Source of the DNA: Octopus bimaculoides
Taxonomy: Eukaryota
Direction of reading: 5' to 3'
NCBI RefSeq assembly: GCF_001194135.2
Contig: NC_068983.1
Span: forward strand, 60,255,151 to 60,319,150
DNA length: 64,000 nt
Every line of letters starts with the position of its first letter. The stretch's first letter is position 1. This document shows, piece after piece, positions 1 to 10,623 of the stretch. The position numbers and the translations under genes were made by a program. The notes beneath the pieces are model-generated. The model was not told the DNA's origin. It saw only the letters and a list, made by a program, of their open reading frames with translations, and ran no database searches.

Positions 1-697
1 GACCAAGACCTTTCGCATTATGTCATGCTTGAGAAGAAGACCCATCAAGCTGAGCAAAATGGCAGTCGTGGCAGATACTGGTGTCATGCAAATGGCACCC
101 GTGTCGGTGTCAAGTAAAAGCACCCATTACATTCTCAGAGTAGTTGGCAATAGGAAGGGCATCCAGTCTGAGAAAACCATGCCAAATCAGACTGAATCCT
201 GGCACAGTTTTCCAGCATGCCAGCCCAGTCAAACCGTCCAACCCATGCCAGCATGGATAATGGACATTAAATGATGATGATGATGATGATGATATATATA
301 TATATATATATATATATGGATAAATAATATATATATATTATAGCCTATGACCAACCAAAGCCTTGTGAGTGGATTTCATACCCCCACCATTGCTTGACAA
401 CAGATGTTTCTGTGTTTATGTTCTCATAACTTAGCGGTTCAGCAAAAGACACTGATAGAATAAGTACTAGGCTTACAAAGAATAACACTGTGGTCAAATT
501 ATTTGACCAAAGGCAGTGCTCCAGCATGGCCACTGTGACATGACTGAAACAAGTAAAACAATAAAAAGACTATGTCATTTTAATCCCAAGTAAGGGATCT
601 CTGCTATTATGTATATAATTGCAGCGTGGAAGGTGTTTATAAGCCATTTAAAATAACACACAAAATCCGTTAGATTCAATTCAACATTTAAATTTAA

Positions 698-748
698 TTT
701 GTCAAAATATTTTCGTCGCTTTGAGACCGTGACCTGTTCACTGACAAA
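698..748 (-). ncRNA. Atypical type I hammerhead-ribozyme-like fold (G3:C8 core variant)
   Basis: Minus strand: TTTGTCA-GTGAACA-G-GTCAC-ggtctcaaa-GCGAC-GAA-AATATT-T-TGACAAA. This gives a 7-bp stem I, a 5-bp stem II with one mismatch, and a palindromic stem III. Confidence 0.55.
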
Positions 749-835
749 ATTCTGTGTTGCATCTGAGAAAGTAATAGTTAGTTCATGATATATATGTACA
801 TGTGTATGTATGTATGTATGTATGTATGTATGTGC

Positions 836-872
<37 letters not shown>

Positions 873-911
873 TAAACCATAATATCATGAATATCAAAAG
901 CGAAACTGGTC

Positions 912-1103
912 NNNNNNNNNNNNNNNNNNNNNNNNNNNNNNNNNNNNNNNNNNNNNNNNNNNNNNNNNNNNNNNNNNNNNNNNNNNNNNNNNNNNNNNNN
1001 NNNNNNNNNNNNNNNNNNNNNNNNNNNNNNNNNNNNNNNNNNNNNNNNNNNNNNNNNNNNNNNNNNNNNNNNNNNNNNNNNNNNNNNNNNNNNNNNNNNN
1101 NNN
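912..1103. other. Assembly gap; others at 12458-12658, 30105-30472, 55236-55488 and 62096-62105
   Basis: Runs of N, mostly flanked by (TA)n. Confidence 1.
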
Positions 1104-1156
1104 ATATATAATATATAAACACACACATACATATGCATCTATGCAATTTCTTTCAG

Positions 1157-1386
1157 ATATTTTCACTAAAGTAACTTCCCCTGAATCCATAGAGAGGCTA
1201 CTGTCAAATGCTGACGGTGGAGAAATAGAATGTGCATCTAGATGCTTGCTCACACATGATTGTCAGGTGATTGTTGTTAAGAGGGATGGCACTTGTAAAC
1301 TCTACAGTGTTGGTAGAGTAAACAGAAACATTGACTGCATGTCTGCAGGAAACCAATGTTTCTATAGAGACAAACCAAAATACTGA
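1157..1386 (+). CDS. Probable terminal coding exon of an upstream gene with a PAN/apple-like Cys motif
   Basis: TTTCTTTCAG acceptor at 1156, open frame to TGA at 1384-1386, AATAAA at 1459-1464. The peptide ECASRCLLTHDCQVIVVKRDGTCKLYS has the C-x3-C-x5-C...C-x-L-Y spacing of PAN/apple-like modules. Composition is non-repetitive. Confidence 0.6.
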
Positions 1387-3999
1387 TTAAAAGAAAAAAC
1401 AGAATTGTAAAAACATCACAATATATTGAATGTATTTTTGTTTTTTGTTTAATTTAAAAATAAAGTTTATGTTCTTATTTTGTAAGGTATTTATTTTCAA
1501 ATTACTTTGTATAAATTCTGCAATTTTGAATCCTGGCTTAGAAATTTGGAAGCTATTTATTATAAAATCATCCTCATTATTTAACTGGTACTTTATTTTA
1601 TCAAACCCAGGAAGTATGAAAGGCGAACTTTGACCTTGGCAGGATTTCAACTCAGAATATAAAGAAGTAGACAAAATTCTGTGAGGCATTTTATCTAATC
1701 CGCCACAGTCTTTGTTGCTGCATGGTGGCTTGCATGCCTCAATGACCCTGAGAGCTATACCAACAGAGCACAAGCCCCTGGGAGAGACTCCCATGATGAA
1801 CAAATTAAGGGACAGAGGCCAGACTTATATGGAACAACTCTTCTCAAAAGTAAAAATGGGTTTGTGGAGGGCTAACATCCCTAGAGAGAAAACAAAGCAA
1901 AGTCACAGAAGCATCAATGGCACTTCAAAACTAGCAAGACCTGAGAGAGGAAGGTTTTCCCTCAGCATCAACGGAATCAGCTCATCCAGTGATACAGATA
2001 TGGTGCCTGTAGAGTACTGTATCTTGGCTGGTATCCAGTGCACACTTAGTGGCCCTGGAAAATCTGGGTCAGCAACAATTCACAGATCTTGAGTCAGTCT
2101 ATACCCGCTATCTGCAACATATCTCTAGTGTACAGTTCAAATATTTTCCACTACCACCAAGATCTGTACCCTTGGTTAGCTTCATTTGGGTTCATGTCCA
2201 AAGCCTCTATAGGGAACAAAGGACTTAAGTAAATATGTATTTTATCTAATTGGTTCTACAGTAATTATAATATCAGGCTCTTGGCTGGTTATATTAAAGT
2301 TGTTGCTGTTGTTTTGTTGGTCATGTTGTTGAGTAATCATGGCTTTTCTGAAATAGACTTTCACATCCTTGTATGTTGGATATATAATATAACGAAACTG
2401 GGCGAAAGAAAATATTTACACAATGCACTACTATTACTATTACATGAGATTCAATGCTTTCAATCATGACTCACAGTGAACTGCTTACCAACCCGAACTT
2501 CAATCACTCACTGTTCTTTATTTTATAACAATGAGTCAGTCCACCTTTACTCACTTGGTGGAAGGTCGGAATCCTTCCAGAACACAGACCCATGAAACAG
2601 AGATAAGCTCTAGAACATTTGGTGGTGTAGTCTCCAGTTTTTGCTTTCACAATATGTTATACTACAAAGCACAACCCAAGACAGAGAAATACATAAATAG
2701 ATGCCCTCATGGGAGTTGAACTACATAACTGTTGTATGTCAAACAATACTTTTTGTCTGTCTTAAACTATGCTTCGAAAAGTCTTATATAATTTTATATT
2801 TAAAATCTTTTAACTGTTTACATATGCACGCCAAGTGGGACAGGAATGGTAGCAATATGGTTGCTACCATTCTTGTCTCTCTTCCAATACTCCCTCCTCC
2901 CACCAGCACTTTTACTGTTCCATCTCTACACTTGCACACCACTCAAAACATTCTGTTTCTCTGAACATACTCTTTCTAATTTCTCTCATCCACTCACTCT
3001 GGTCATGCTATCTTGAATGAATGAAGACACCACAGGGGGAAACAAAAGGGCCCTTTAGTCATATTGAGCACAACCTCTCTAGGGTTGGTGTCAAGATAAA
3101 ATGCACCCAGTATACTCTGTAAAGTTGATCAGAATAAGACAGGTATCCAGCCATAATAACCATACCAAAATTGGAATGTACAAGAGAGATGCTGTCCTCC
3201 AACCTTCAAAGAAGACACCAACTCCAACAGTTCCTATCTCCAGAGAAGTACTCATTTTTTAATCAACTTTTCATTAGGTGAGCTAGTGAGTAGCCACTAT
3301 ACATCTATTTAACCTGCAAAAATAGGAGACAATTCCTCCTCAAATCACACCAAACTTATATGGAAATAAAAAAAATTGAAATGAAAGAAAGAAAGAAAAA
3401 AGAAGGGAGACACAGAACAACATGATAAGGCAGGGTGGTCACAACTGGAACTTCTTTTGTTGTAGGTTTGCTGAATATGGACTGATTTGAGGATCTGAGG
3501 TTAAAGAACAACAAATCTCTTATCAGTCTGTACTCAAACTCTTCTGTTCTGACAATCTAAAGTTGCTGTCAGTTTTCCTACAATAAACTCTGCTTATCTG
3601 AAATTTGTTACCAAATCTTGCTTCTACATGGAGCTATCCAGTTCATTTGTCCATCAGCTTTTTATATGGTTTATCTTGCACCAGATATTATGTGATGTTA
3701 TACTCATATGCTGTCCATTAGTCTAAAGTGTGAACATAATAATTTACCTACTTCTACCAGCAAACCATTAATGTACAGGGGTTAGAGTACTGAGGTAGGG
3801 ACCATTTTAGAATATTGTGATAAGTCGATTATATTAACCCCAGTGCTCATCTGGTACTTATTTTATTGGCTCTCTAAGGGAATAAAGGCAAAGTTGACCT
3901 TGGTGGAGTTTGAATTCAGAGTGTAAAGATGGCTGAATACAACTCTTTATTAGGAAGAGGTAGAATTGTTAAAGATCTACACTGAGTGCCAAATAAAAT

Positions 4000-5290
4000 C
4001 TATATGAAAGACTTTCTCCCAGAGGAGAATAGACAAAGAAATGTGTCTGGAGGAGCTCAGTAGATTCAAAGAAATGCTTAAAAGGGAGGGAAATGATGTA
4101 AAAGTGTCCCCCCCCACCACCACCAAAGAAGCTTTAAAAGTAAAAAAATGAAAAAAACATTATTTACAGGACATACTCAGCAACGACCAGGAAAATTGAA
4201 ATCGTGTCAACTGCTCAAGTTGAAAAGGCATTAAAACCAATCTGGCAAGGGATTTCTTTTATTGCCAGAGGAAGAAAGTTTGGAAAGATGGAGGTGCAGT
4301 TCTGGGAGGTAGCTACTGCTAGGATGCACTCAGCAACACACTTAAAAACAGATAAAGTGGTGCTTCTACCCATATACCTTGGGAGAGATGCTTCCAGGGT
4401 TAGGGTAGAAGATATACCCCCAGAAATTGATGTAGCCTGGCTAGCAGCTGCCATACTGCTGGGCATGGAAGAGAAGGTAGTGGTTCTCCAGGCCACCAGA
4501 ACACCCCACAAGAACTGGCAAGGGCAGAGCTTAGGTATGATATTCCAGATGGCCCCGGAAGACCCTGAAAACATGGTCGAGACCATCACAGTCAAAGAGG
4601 TGACACTCAGGGTCAGAGTAGAAGGCAGGATCCCGCGATGCTATAAATGTAGCCTGAATTTCCACATTAGAGCGGACTGTCCTCCACCAGCCACAAAGAC
4701 TGAAGAGAAACCTGAGAGCAGGAAAGAAAGTGTGACTTCAACACTGACGAAAACCAGTGCCGAGGAAGAGGAGGTGAACGAGGAAAAGAATGGATGGGAA
4801 ATGGCTGGGAAAAAAAGAAGAAAGAGAAGGGAAAAAAAGCATACTTTGTAAATGATGACCCTCCCTCCCACACCCATCTGACTCCCACCCAAACCCACTT
4901 TACTTCAACCTCTCCCTACAGACACCAACCCTTTCCATATCCCACCTGACATAAAGACAAGTACAATCATACAGGAACCCCAAACTTCACCCTTGCTCTG
5001 TGAGAAAAAAAATGTTATACTGTACAACAGACAAAAAGAAAAACTTTATAATGAGATAAAGTCGTGGGAGAGAGCAATAAAAGTGAATATAACAGAAGTT
5101 AGGGGATTGTCCGAGTACATTCATTGTACAATGGCAGACCCAGAGTATCTTTTGAGAGTCAAGGATTATGAGGAGGACTTTGAGTGGTGGGTCAAGAAAA
5201 TAGACACCTGCAGAATACCAGAATGGGTAAGCTATCTTGAACTTTTAAAGAAATTTAACATAGACATTTTTCGGAAAGATGAAAGCTAGC
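4000..5290 (+). mobile_element. Decayed retroelement ORF1/gag-like region with zinc knuckle (Tx1/L1-like ORF1 by resemblance)
   Basis: ORF 4204-4851 has C-x2-C-x4-H-x4-C (CYKCSLNFHIRADC) preceded by VEGRIPR and followed by a basic tract. It has no in-frame ATG start, a second fragment lies at 4993-5289, and no endonuclease or RT follows. Confidence 0.65.
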
Positions 5291-5767
5291 TGTTGCAAAT
5301 AGTGTTCTGAACTGTTACAAGTAGTGTTTTAAAAAGAAGTTGTATTAACAGGTTCAATGAAGTCGCTCAAAGTTCTTCAAACGGCTTCATTTCATTTTTC
5401 ATTTTATCTAATTCATCCTTTCCATTTGTTTTTTCCTTCTGTTCCCACCATGTGCTGTCCCTTCCAAAGGACTCTTGGTATGCTGTTTTGCTCTATCATG
5501 ATTTATGCTGACCTCTCTCACACAAGAACAGTCTTCTTCCATAGACACTGGCAGAATAGACCAAACTCAATGTCGTTATCTTCATGCTATCTAGAAACAC
5601 TTTTATCAAGTCTCTTCTACATATACAAAGTACAACTAATCTTTTCACGCATTCATTCATTTATTGTTTAACACACCAGAGACATCTCTATAAAACACTA
5701 CACATCTCTACAATAACACGACTTACTTCTTTACAGGAAATCTTATGCAAGACATTAACATTGTCCT

Positions 5768-7074
5768 TGTAGTGAAACTACCTATCGCCATTAGATACAA
5801 AACTACTATCGCCATTACATACAATCTTGTCATTTAAATATAAACAAGCGCGGGCGTAGCAGAAAACACATTCCTTGTCATCACGTGACTGATTATTATT
5901 AGAAGCGGCAACTTCTTCAAACCGTTCCCGCCAGAACGCAAACTGACCAATCACGGCCCCTAATAAGGTCACGTGATAGAGTATTTTTCTGATGTCTGGT
6001 GAGCCTACCATCAACTATAAAATGCTTTAATTCAGTAGCAAATTCGTCTCGGTTCAGTTTCTCTATAGAGACTGTTCTGTGTACCACACGACAGCAGCAG
6101 CAGCAGTTCCAGCGACTCCATCAACAGTTTCGTCCAGCCAAGATTACCACCGCCATCGCCACATCAGCAACACGATTCTACGATTACTACTAACCAGCAT
6201 CATCACCACCAGCGTCAACACGACTTTCTATGTACACCAATCCAAACTACTGCGGCACATATTCTCTTCGATTCTGTTCGGTGTTTCATATACACCACGA
6301 TAATTAACAGACAAGAGTTTCAGCCTGCGATAAACGTCTGTCCTCAAGAGCCCGGCCCGGCATGGAAGCCAACATCACAACTAGTGATCACGCTGCCACA
6401 CACAGCCTCAACTTCTTTCACATACAGACTCTTCCAATTGTGTACTCAAGAACTGGTATAAATGCTCACGTGTTACTGACTCTTTCTATCTGCTGTAATA
6501 TCTCACATACACATACATATATCACTCACACACACTCTTTTCTTTATACAACGGCGTGTCTTTTATTATGTTTTTATATGTCGCATTCACACTCACACAC
6601 AGACATACATTTTTATGCCACAATAAATATTTCTGTTATTCATCTTCATACGGTTGTGTTTATCATCTTCTATCGTCTCTTCATTACTGGTATTTATGAA
6701 TTCACATATGTTATCGTAGTATAACATGTTTTGTATATCATCATTGATATATTATTTTGTGTTCGACTGTGTGACGCGTATAAATAAAAGGAGACCTGTT
6801 TTTCCATTCATCACCATTTCTCCTTTTTGAGTTCGCACGGTCGTTCTTACATCCTTAACCCCCTGCTGTGAATAAACTTTGCAATTGAACAAGGTTGAGT
6901 TTTGTCCATCTGTCTTTGTATACCAAGTACAATTGAACGAACACACAGACACAGTATCAACAAACTGCTACCACTGACATCATCACTTCAACCAGACTAT
7001 GAACACTCCATTGGGCTATAGCTACACATTAGCTACGAAGATAGTGAACTCACCATACTAGTGACCCCTTCACA
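5768..7074 (+). mobile_element. LTR-like / retroelement terminal repeat with Pol II promoter architecture
   Basis: CpG-rich block starting TGTAG and ending near TTCACA. Contains CCAAT (5947), TATAAAA (6016) and AATAAA signals near 6783 and 6870. No convincing TSD was found and the boundaries are approximate. Confidence 0.4.
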
Positions 7075-8110
7075 AGACAGGTGATGAAGTCACCAAACAC
7101 TTAACAACTGGTGCTGGTTTGTTTTTGTCCCTCTAACTTAGCAGTTTAGTAAAAGAAACCAATGGAACAAGTACCAGCCCTAAATAAAAAATAAGTACTG
7201 AGGCCATTTTGTTTGATGGTGCCCCAGCATGACTGCAGTCCAATGACCAAAACAAATAAAAGAATAAAAGAAATAGAAGAAAAATATAATGAGAAAGTCC
7301 AAAAAGGATGACCCATTCTGAACCAGGTCAATCAAGGAATTCTCCACAGATCCAGAATTACCCTGACTGCAAGGGTTCTGTCTCAGCTGTGTTGCCTGCA
7401 GGGCTGAGAGAAGACCCATTTACTTGAGCCATGCTTGCCACTCACACCTTTCAACAAATTTACTGGAAGGCCAGTTTCTCCCTCACCATCCCCACCTTCT
7501 CCAAATTGAACTTGAAGATGTCTCTTAGTGGCTGACGATATGAGCATCTCTGATCAAGAGCAGTAATGGCGGAGCATCATAGCTATGTGTTGAGAGGAAT
7601 TCTTTGGAGTTTGAATAATTCACTGCTGGAAACATAGGTGTTTCATTCATCATACTTAAGCAACCCTTATTCAGGGACCTTTTGAGGAGGATGGGCCACT
7701 TGATCTGAAGAAAATTTCCACTGGACCCCACCTGTAAGGTCATGTGCTATCTTTATGTGAGATCATCATACTGCACGCATATGGTTGTGACGCATGTGCA
7801 TGTTGTACTCTTATCAGATAGGTAGTCATCATGGGTATTTGGGGTTTCATATATTTGTACCCCACTTTTAGCATGTGTTGCTCTCTCGCTCAGTAATAAT
7901 GATTCCAAATTTTTGCTACAAGGGCATCTTGGGGGAGGGGATTAAGTGGATTACATTAACCCCAGTGCGTAACAGGTACTTATTTAATCGACCTGGAAAG
8001 GATGAAAGGCAAAGTCGACCGTGGCAGAATTTGAACTTAGAATGTAGTGGTAGACGAAATCCTGCTAAGTATTTCACCCGGCATGCTAACGGTTCTGCCA
8101 GCTCGCCACC

Positions 8111-8214
<104 letters not shown>

Positions 8215-8215
<1 letters not shown>

Positions 8216-8667
8216 AAAAGATGGGCTACAGCAAATATTCTGCTCAATACCACAGATTTGCTTGTCAGTTGTTTGACCTTAACCGGTTGAGCATGTCCCT
8301 TGGTGGCTGACGATATGTGCATCTCTGATCATGAGCAGAAGTAGTGGGGGAGCATCATAGCCATGTGTTGAGAGGTGTTCTTTGGTGTTTGAATGATTCA
8401 CTTCTGGAAACATGGATGTTTCGTTCATCATTCTTAAACAAACCTTATTCAGGGACCTTTTGAGAGGGATGGGCTATTCAACCTGAAGAAAATTCTAACT
8501 GGACCCCACCTGCATTGTTTATCTTGATATAAGATCACCATGTCATGCACATGTGGTTGTGATGCATGTGCCAGGTGTACCCTTATCAGACGGGTAGTCA
8601 TGATGGGTATATTGGGCTTCATATAATTGTACCCCAGTGTCACTTCGATGGCATGCATTGCTCTCTC
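8215..8667 (+). mobile_element. Interspersed element embedded in (AAT)n; further copies at about 7500-7900 (+) and 41385-41810 (-)
   Basis: Three mutually alignable copies. This copy is flanked on both sides by (AAT)n tracts (8112-8215 and 8668-8702). Confidence 0.75.
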
Positions 8668-8705
<38 letters not shown>

Positions 8706-9199
8706 TCAGAGTTCTTTAGTTTTTAAATTTTTTTATTTTTATTTTATAACAACATAATTGATATAAAACAGTGTTTCTTTATTTGGTACCAGCTCACTAC
8801 TCTTGCTATACAAAGATATTAATTGATAAAGAAAGTATTCATTTAAACAATTAGATACTATAAACCTTCTCTCAGAATTTATTCAACTCAAAACTTGAAC
8901 AAAAGAACACTTCATATATTTGAAACATTGTCCATATGTTTTCTGAATATCAAAGATGAGGCAGTGGTTGCACATTTCCCCCAATGAAGGAAGAAGATAA
9001 AAAGTCACAAGCTTCAACAATCTGAGTGTGAAATTCCGTACATATTCAGGAATTCCTAAGCGGATAAATGCCAGCTATCACGGCTGATGATTTAATTAAT
9101 TTTATGACAATAACAATGAATCATTTTCGTGTCATGGTAAGGAAAGTGTTGGAATATTGTTCAAAGATATGGAATTTAGAGCTTGTAAAAAAAACATCG

Positions 9200-10335
9200 T
9201 AGACAAAAACATTTTATTTTATCAACTTTACAAAATGATTCCTACTGAATTATTTCTCTCAGTTCAACAAAAAGCTACAACCACGTAACGCAGTTATAGT
9301 TGCTGTGTTGAATAAAGAATAGATAAATATAATAAACCACATACTAAAGTCTAATATGGAGTATACCCGAAGGTTTTAGCCGTCACTGTGTTCCTTAATT
9401 ATTTTACTAGATAATTAGATGTAAACTTTTGTTATTTTCGCAGTGACACATGTTTACATTTATCGTATGCATTTAGTAAATTTATTTAATTAACGATGCT
9501 TTTACCGTCAAAATGTTTGGCTTTACCCCATAATAAATTTTAGAATGGAAAATAATATTGCTATGTAGTTACGTCAGTAATTTATGTAATAAAACTATAA
9601 AAGTATAATAAAGTTTTAGAATTGGTAGAATGCTTCAGTGCGCAAGGCGACGAGTTCGTAGAATTGTTTGCAAATCGAACAAAATGCTTAACGACTTCAC
9701 ATTGTAAGTTCAAATTCCGCCAAAGTAGACTTTGCCTTTCGTGATGGATAAAATAAGTACCACCCTCAAAATTACGGGACTTGTGCCTTTCGTAGAAAGA
9801 ATTATTATAAAGATATAAACAAGTTTACAAAGTAAAAAACAAAAAAACAATCGCTTTAAAAAAGTTTTATCTTGACGTATATGTATATTGACATAGTAAA
9901 GCATTTTAAGGTGAACAGTAACGATAAGTGATAAAAATATTAAAAAAAAAGTGAGTCGATAATTAAATAATCGGTCGATGGTTATTAAGTAGGCAGCAGC
10001 TGTTGTTGTTGTTGTTTTCGGGTGGCCTGATCAGATTTGTATGTCATGTGATCTACTCTCCTGTCATTGAGGAAGAAATAGCCTGATTCCTCACTCTGTT
10101 GTTACTTCGTCGATCGATTCATTCGGGTTTCCTTCGTTCTCTTCTGACGTTCTATAAATATGTTGGAATAACTAAACAACAACCATTGACTTACAATTAA
10201 CGCACCTTTCTCTCCTTGATCACGGTTGATTCAAGAGAAACTGACACCAACTTGGTTATTTATTTATATTTCTTTTTGTGTATAACATACCAACCCGTGT
10301 GAAGAATACATCACTCATACATTTAGACATCTACG
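9200..10335 (+). promoter_or_regulatory. Probable NPC1 promoter/5'UTR region
   Basis: Lies directly upstream of the signal-peptide ATG and is visibly richer in CpG than the gene body. Contains GTCATGTGAT (M-box/CLEAR-like) at 10043-10052. The TSS cannot be determined from sequence alone. Confidence 0.55.
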
Positions 10336-10395
10336 ATGTATTTACGGGGTACATGTCTGTACTTGGTACTATTAATATCATGGTGTGTACTGAAG
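10336..10395 (+). CDS. NPC1: NPC1 exon 1, signal peptide [20 protein letters not shown]
   Basis: ATG, then a 20-codon basic-plus-hydrophobic peptide ending AAG|GTAAGA. Phase 0 matches exon 2 ([12 protein letters not shown]). It lies in a CpG-retaining, promoter-like region. Confidence 0.85.
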
Positions 10396-10585
10396 GTAAG
10401 ACTATTATTATTATTATTATTATTTATAACTCCATGTCGTTCTAGTATAACTGATTTCTTTCTTCTATCCTTATTATAACGCTGTCCGTTTGTGTTGTAG
10501 TTATGCTGTTATGTAATAACGATACTTCTTGATTTGTTACCTCAGTTAGTTTCTATTTGATTAATCACCTGTCCTCCCCACTTTT

Positions 10586-10623
<38 letters not shown>

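Noticed and set aside
1690-2250. Possible RTE-like 5' region on the minus strand (GIALRVIEACKPP) and plus-strand ORF 1712-2092
   Set aside because: Resemblance rests on one short recalled motif. There is no recognisable endonuclease or RT, and no splice support for a gene.
5350-5770. Possible LINE RT fragment on the minus strand (NSIPRVLWK)
   Set aside because: Too short and too interrupted to assign.
6310-6352. Minus-strand TTGAGGA...GAAAC-TCTT-GTC resembling a hammerhead
   Set aside because: Stem I and stem II do not pair.
7060-7105. GGTGA-tgaag-TCACC-AAAC hairpin as a hammerhead relic, or TAGTGACCCC as a degenerate PBS
   Set aside because: No CUGANGA core, GAAA is incomplete, and no LTR boundary or TSD supports the PBS reading.
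9068-9202. 44-codon ORF with VRKVLEYCSKIWN, similar to the LINE post-RT motif VRPxLEYCSxxWSP
   Set aside because: A single short motif could be chance. It is neither a supportable gene nor a classifiable TE.
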